Part shown: one piece after another, positions 55,359 through 57,971 of the stretch | Position numbering within the stretch: position 1 is the stretch's first letter | Layout of the letters: every line of letters begins with the position of its first letter | NCBI GenBank assembly: GCA_012840535.1 | Contig: DULF01000023.1 | Span: 1 to 57,971, forward strand | Reading direction: 5' to 3' | From: Clostridiaceae bacterium | GTDB lineage: Bacteria; Bacillota; Clostridia; Acetivibrionales; DUMB01 | DNA length: 57,971 bases | Translations under genes and position numbers: made by a program | Notes under the pieces: generated by a model | Told to the model about the DNA's origin: nothing | Databases searched by the model: none | What the model saw: the letters and a program-made list of their open reading frames with translations, nothing else

Positions 55359-56165
55359 TTAATTATTTCCATTTACGTCGGAAATATGTATTTTTGCCTT
55401 GTTCCACAGCTCATCCATTTCAGAAAGCTTCATATCTTCCAGTTTCTTCCCCATCTTTGCGCTTTCCCGCTCTATATATTCAAACCTTTTAATAAATTTG
55501 TTAATTGTTCCGGTCAGAGCAAGTTCCGGCTGCACTTTGAGAAACCTAGAAAGATTGACAAGTGCAAAAAATACATCTCCTATTTCATCTGTTATTCTTT
55601 CCACATTTTTACTTTTGTATACATCCTTTAGTTCCTGAAATTCCTCATGTACCTTCGCAATAACATCTTCAATATTATCCCAGTCAAAGCCAACCTGGGC
55701 TGCCTTCTGTTGCACTTTATAACTTCTCATCAATGCAGGAAGGTTCGCCGGTATGTCTTTTAGTACTTCTGTCTGGGTTTTTGCACCTTTCTCCTTCTTT
55801 TTTATTGCTTCCCAGTTGTCAACTACCTGATCAGGAGTGTCAGCCTTGTCCTTCCCAAAAACATGCGTATGTCTTAAAATCATTTTCCTGCAAATACCTG
55901 AAATTACATCATTAATATCAAACATATCGTTCTCTGCAGCAATCTGCGCATGAAAAACAATTTGAAGAAGTAAGTCTCCAAGTTCTTCACATAGCTTGTC
56001 CTTGTCATTCATATCAATTGCTTCAAGTACTTCGTATGTTTCCTCTATAAGATACTTCTTTAAGCTCTCGTGAGTCTGTTCCCTGTCCCACGGACATCCT
56101 TCCTTGCTTCTTAAAAGCTTCATAATTTCAACCAATTCAGAAAACTCATATCTATCCTTCATCAT
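55359..56165 (-). CDS. mazG: Nucleoside triphosphate pyrophosphohydrolase MazG (tandem MazG domains)
   Basis: CPWDREQTHESLKKYLIEETYEVLEAI...EELGDLLLQIVFHAQ and a second EE..E..D repeat. Confidence 0.9.
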   Translation of the reverse strand: MMKDRYEFSELVEIMKLLRSKEGCPWDREQTHESLKKYLIEETYEVLEAIDMNDKDKLCEELGDLLLQIVFHAQIAAENDMFDINDVISGICRKMILRHTHVFGKDKADTPDQVVDNWEAIKKKEKGAKTQTEVLKDIPANLPALMRSYKVQQKAAQVGFDWDNIEDVIAKVHEEFQELKDVYKSKNVERITDEIGDVFFALVNLSRFLKVQPELALTGTINKFIKRFEYIERESAKMGKKLEDMKLSEMDELWNKAKIHISDVNGNN

Positions 56166-56169
56166 TGCT

Positions 56170-57783
56170 TCATCTCCTCTTATGCAGCTTCATCTTCCGA
56201 AATATCCTGTTTACATTCTCTCCAAAAGGAAGCATGGATATTTCTTCCATTTTTACAACACGCAGCACCAACGTCAGTATGCCAAACACAACTGCTGAAA
56301 TCAGTATTGCGCCCACCGTTGAAATAAAGTTGCTGGCAGTCAGCATATACAGGTAATAATATGCAAAGTATGTAAATGCCGCCATAATTACCGTGGCAAC
56401 CACTGGTTTAATTATAAGATTACAGATGTCTAAATTCAACCTGAAATTCCTTTTTAGTGCAACCATGTTTACTACCGTTGATACAATATAGCATGCAAGG
56501 GTTCCATATACAGCGCCTCTAATATTAATAGCAGGTAAAGGCATTAATGAAAAGTTTATAATAAGTTTTACCAATGCACCGGCAAACAAGCCGGCAGTGG
56601 GTACCAGCACCTTGCCAAGCCCCTGGAGAATTCCTGCAAGAGTCTGAGTCATTCCCATGAATACTACGATAAATGCGCTTGTTGACAATAAGAATGCCCC
56701 TTCACTTGACCCAGGAAACAGCATTTTTAAAATCGGATCAGCCAAGATTGCCATTCCTGCAGATGAAGGAAGCCCTATAAGTATTGTCAGTCTTAGCGAA
56801 GCCTGAATTTTGTCCCGAACGGATTTATAATCCCGGCTGGCTTTGGCGCCAGCTATTGTTGGCACAAGACTGGTTGCAAGCGCCGTACTGACTGCTACGG
56901 GAAAGCTGACAAGGACATAGCACTTTCCGGTTAAAATGCCATACAGCCTGTTTGCGAATCCACTGTCGATGCCGGCTTTTGAAAGAAGCGACATTACCGT
57001 TGCAAGGTCAATTATGTTTGCGGCAGTGAGTATTACAGCGCCCAAAGATACCGGAACTGAAACTTTAAATAAGTTTTTGATAATATAGGGTACGGAATCC
57101 TGTTTCTTCCTGGTACAGAATCTTCTGATATTTGACCATAGTTCTTTTTTGCGCTTGTTATACAGGGACATCAGATAAGCGGCTCCTACTGCCGCACCTA
57201 TGGTCGTTCCGAGTGTTGCCCCTGCTGCAGCTATTTCAACCCCATAGGGCAAAAGCAGATACGCAAGGATCACTGTAGCAACGGTCTTGCCTGACTGTTC
57301 AATAATCTGCGAATTAGCCTGTGGGGACATATCCCTCATTCCCTGGAAGTATCCTCTGAAAACCGCCATCAATGAAACAAAGAATATTGTAGGCGAAAGG
57401 GCTATCATTGTGTATACTGTTCTTTCATTTGATATAATTTTCACTATATATCCAGAACACAAAAAGAAAATCAGTGAGAATAAAACACCTGTAACCGAAA
57501 GCAGAACAAGCGAAACCTTAAATACTTTATGAGCGCCGCGCCAGTCGTTTCCTGCCATTTTTTCGGCAACCATTCTGGATATGGCCGCAGGAAAACCTGT
57601 AGTTGATATAGCGTAAAGTATCAGATACACCTGGTATCCCGCTCCATAAATTCCGTTCCCCTCATCCCCGTAGCCAGGAAGGTTTGTTAAAACCACCCTG
57701 TAAACAAACCCGATAAATTTGACTATTATCCCTGCTGCAGTAAGCAGCATGACTCCCTTTAAGAATGACTGTTTTTTCATTAA
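56170..57783 (-). CDS. MOP-superfamily flippase (polysaccharide biosynthesis / SpoVB-YabM-like)
   Basis: About 14 TM segments in 537 aa. Context is upstream of mazG-yabO-yabP-yabQ-divIC as for Bacillus yabM. GAGGGG SD before ATG 57783. Confidence 0.8.
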   Translation of the reverse strand, partial: LMKKQSFLKGVMLLTAAGIIVKFIGFVYRVVLTNLPGYGDEGNGIYGAGYQVYLILYAISTTGFPAAISRMVAEKMAGNDWRGAHKVFKVSLVLLSVTGVLFSLIFFLCSGYIVKIISNERTVYTMIALSPTIFFVSLMAVFRGYFQGMRDMSPQANSQIIEQSGKTVATVILAYLLLPYGVEIAAAGATLGTTIGAAVGAAYLMSLYNKRKKELWSNIRRFCTRKKQDSVPYIIKNLFKVSVPVSLGAVILTAANIIDLATVMSLLSKAGIDSGFANRLYGILTGKCYVLVSFPVAVSTALATSLVPTIAGAKASRDYKSVRDKIQASLRLTILIGLPSSAGMAILADPILKMLFPGSSEGAFLLSTSAFIVVFMGMTQTLAGILQGLGKVLVPTAGLFAGALVKLIINFSLMPLPAINIRGAVYGTLACYIVSTVVNMVALKRNFRLNLDICNLIIKPVVATVIMAAFTYFAYYYLYMLTASNFISTVGAILISAVVFGILTLVLRVVKMEEISMLPFGENVNRIFRKMKLHKRR

Positions 57784-57971
57784 ATACCCCTCAATAAACA
57801 CAAAAGAATTAATATCCAGTGAATTATATTACAAAAAACAGCTTGATAACACAAAAATGCAGAGTATAAATGTGCATAGTGTTTTATTTTCTTTCAAAAA
57901 GGGTATATAATATCGTTGTTGATATTTTCTGCTTATAAAAAATTTTACGCAGGACAGGTGATGGTTATGGT

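Overview
This is a 57,971-bp AT-rich chromosomal window from a spore-forming Clostridia-class Firmicute (composition and taxon judged by eye, not computed). Most of it is conserved housekeeping. On the minus strand it carries recD2 (5' end cut by the window edge), metK behind a SAM-I riboswitch, then ftsH-hpt-tilS, dnaB-rplI-gdpP and rpsF-ssb-rpsR, with pheA inserted between rpsR and gdpP. Further genes are manA and glgB, four tRNAs, an M-box riboswitch with corA, single-chain PFOR, and a cobalamin-riboswitch-controlled cobT-cobU-cobS-cobC salvage operon. The window also holds helD, deoC-pdp, rubrerythrin, and the sporulation/division block yabM-like flippase, mazG, hup, yabO, yabP, yabQ, divIC, yabR.

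The parts I cannot explain with named families are:
1. A small-protein island at 20.5-22.5 kb. It has a 74-aa protein built from five 14-residue repeats, a divergent pair of paralogous unknown proteins (one with a Gly/Tyr-rich insert), and a 55-aa ORF.
2. A dispersed family of intergenic structured repeats. A purine-rich heptanucleotide array and a complementary pyrimidine-rich array flank a short centre, and there is a related GGGGACGGTTC hairpin element. These occur at about 11.8, 21.0, 22.2, 50.9-51.2, 54.5 and 55.0 kb.
3. An accessory stretch at 35.4-46.4 kb with two orphan URO-D-fold proteins, each with its own regulator (AraC; LacI with two near-identical palindromic operators), a Zn-dehydrogenase, an MFS transporter, an LTA-synthase-like protein and a REC-PAS-GGDEF protein.
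4. Decayed integrase and IS256-type transposase fragments beside tRNA-fMet.

I saw no CRISPR array, rRNA or recognisable defence system. All functional calls come from reading the translations and RNA motifs; no searches were run.
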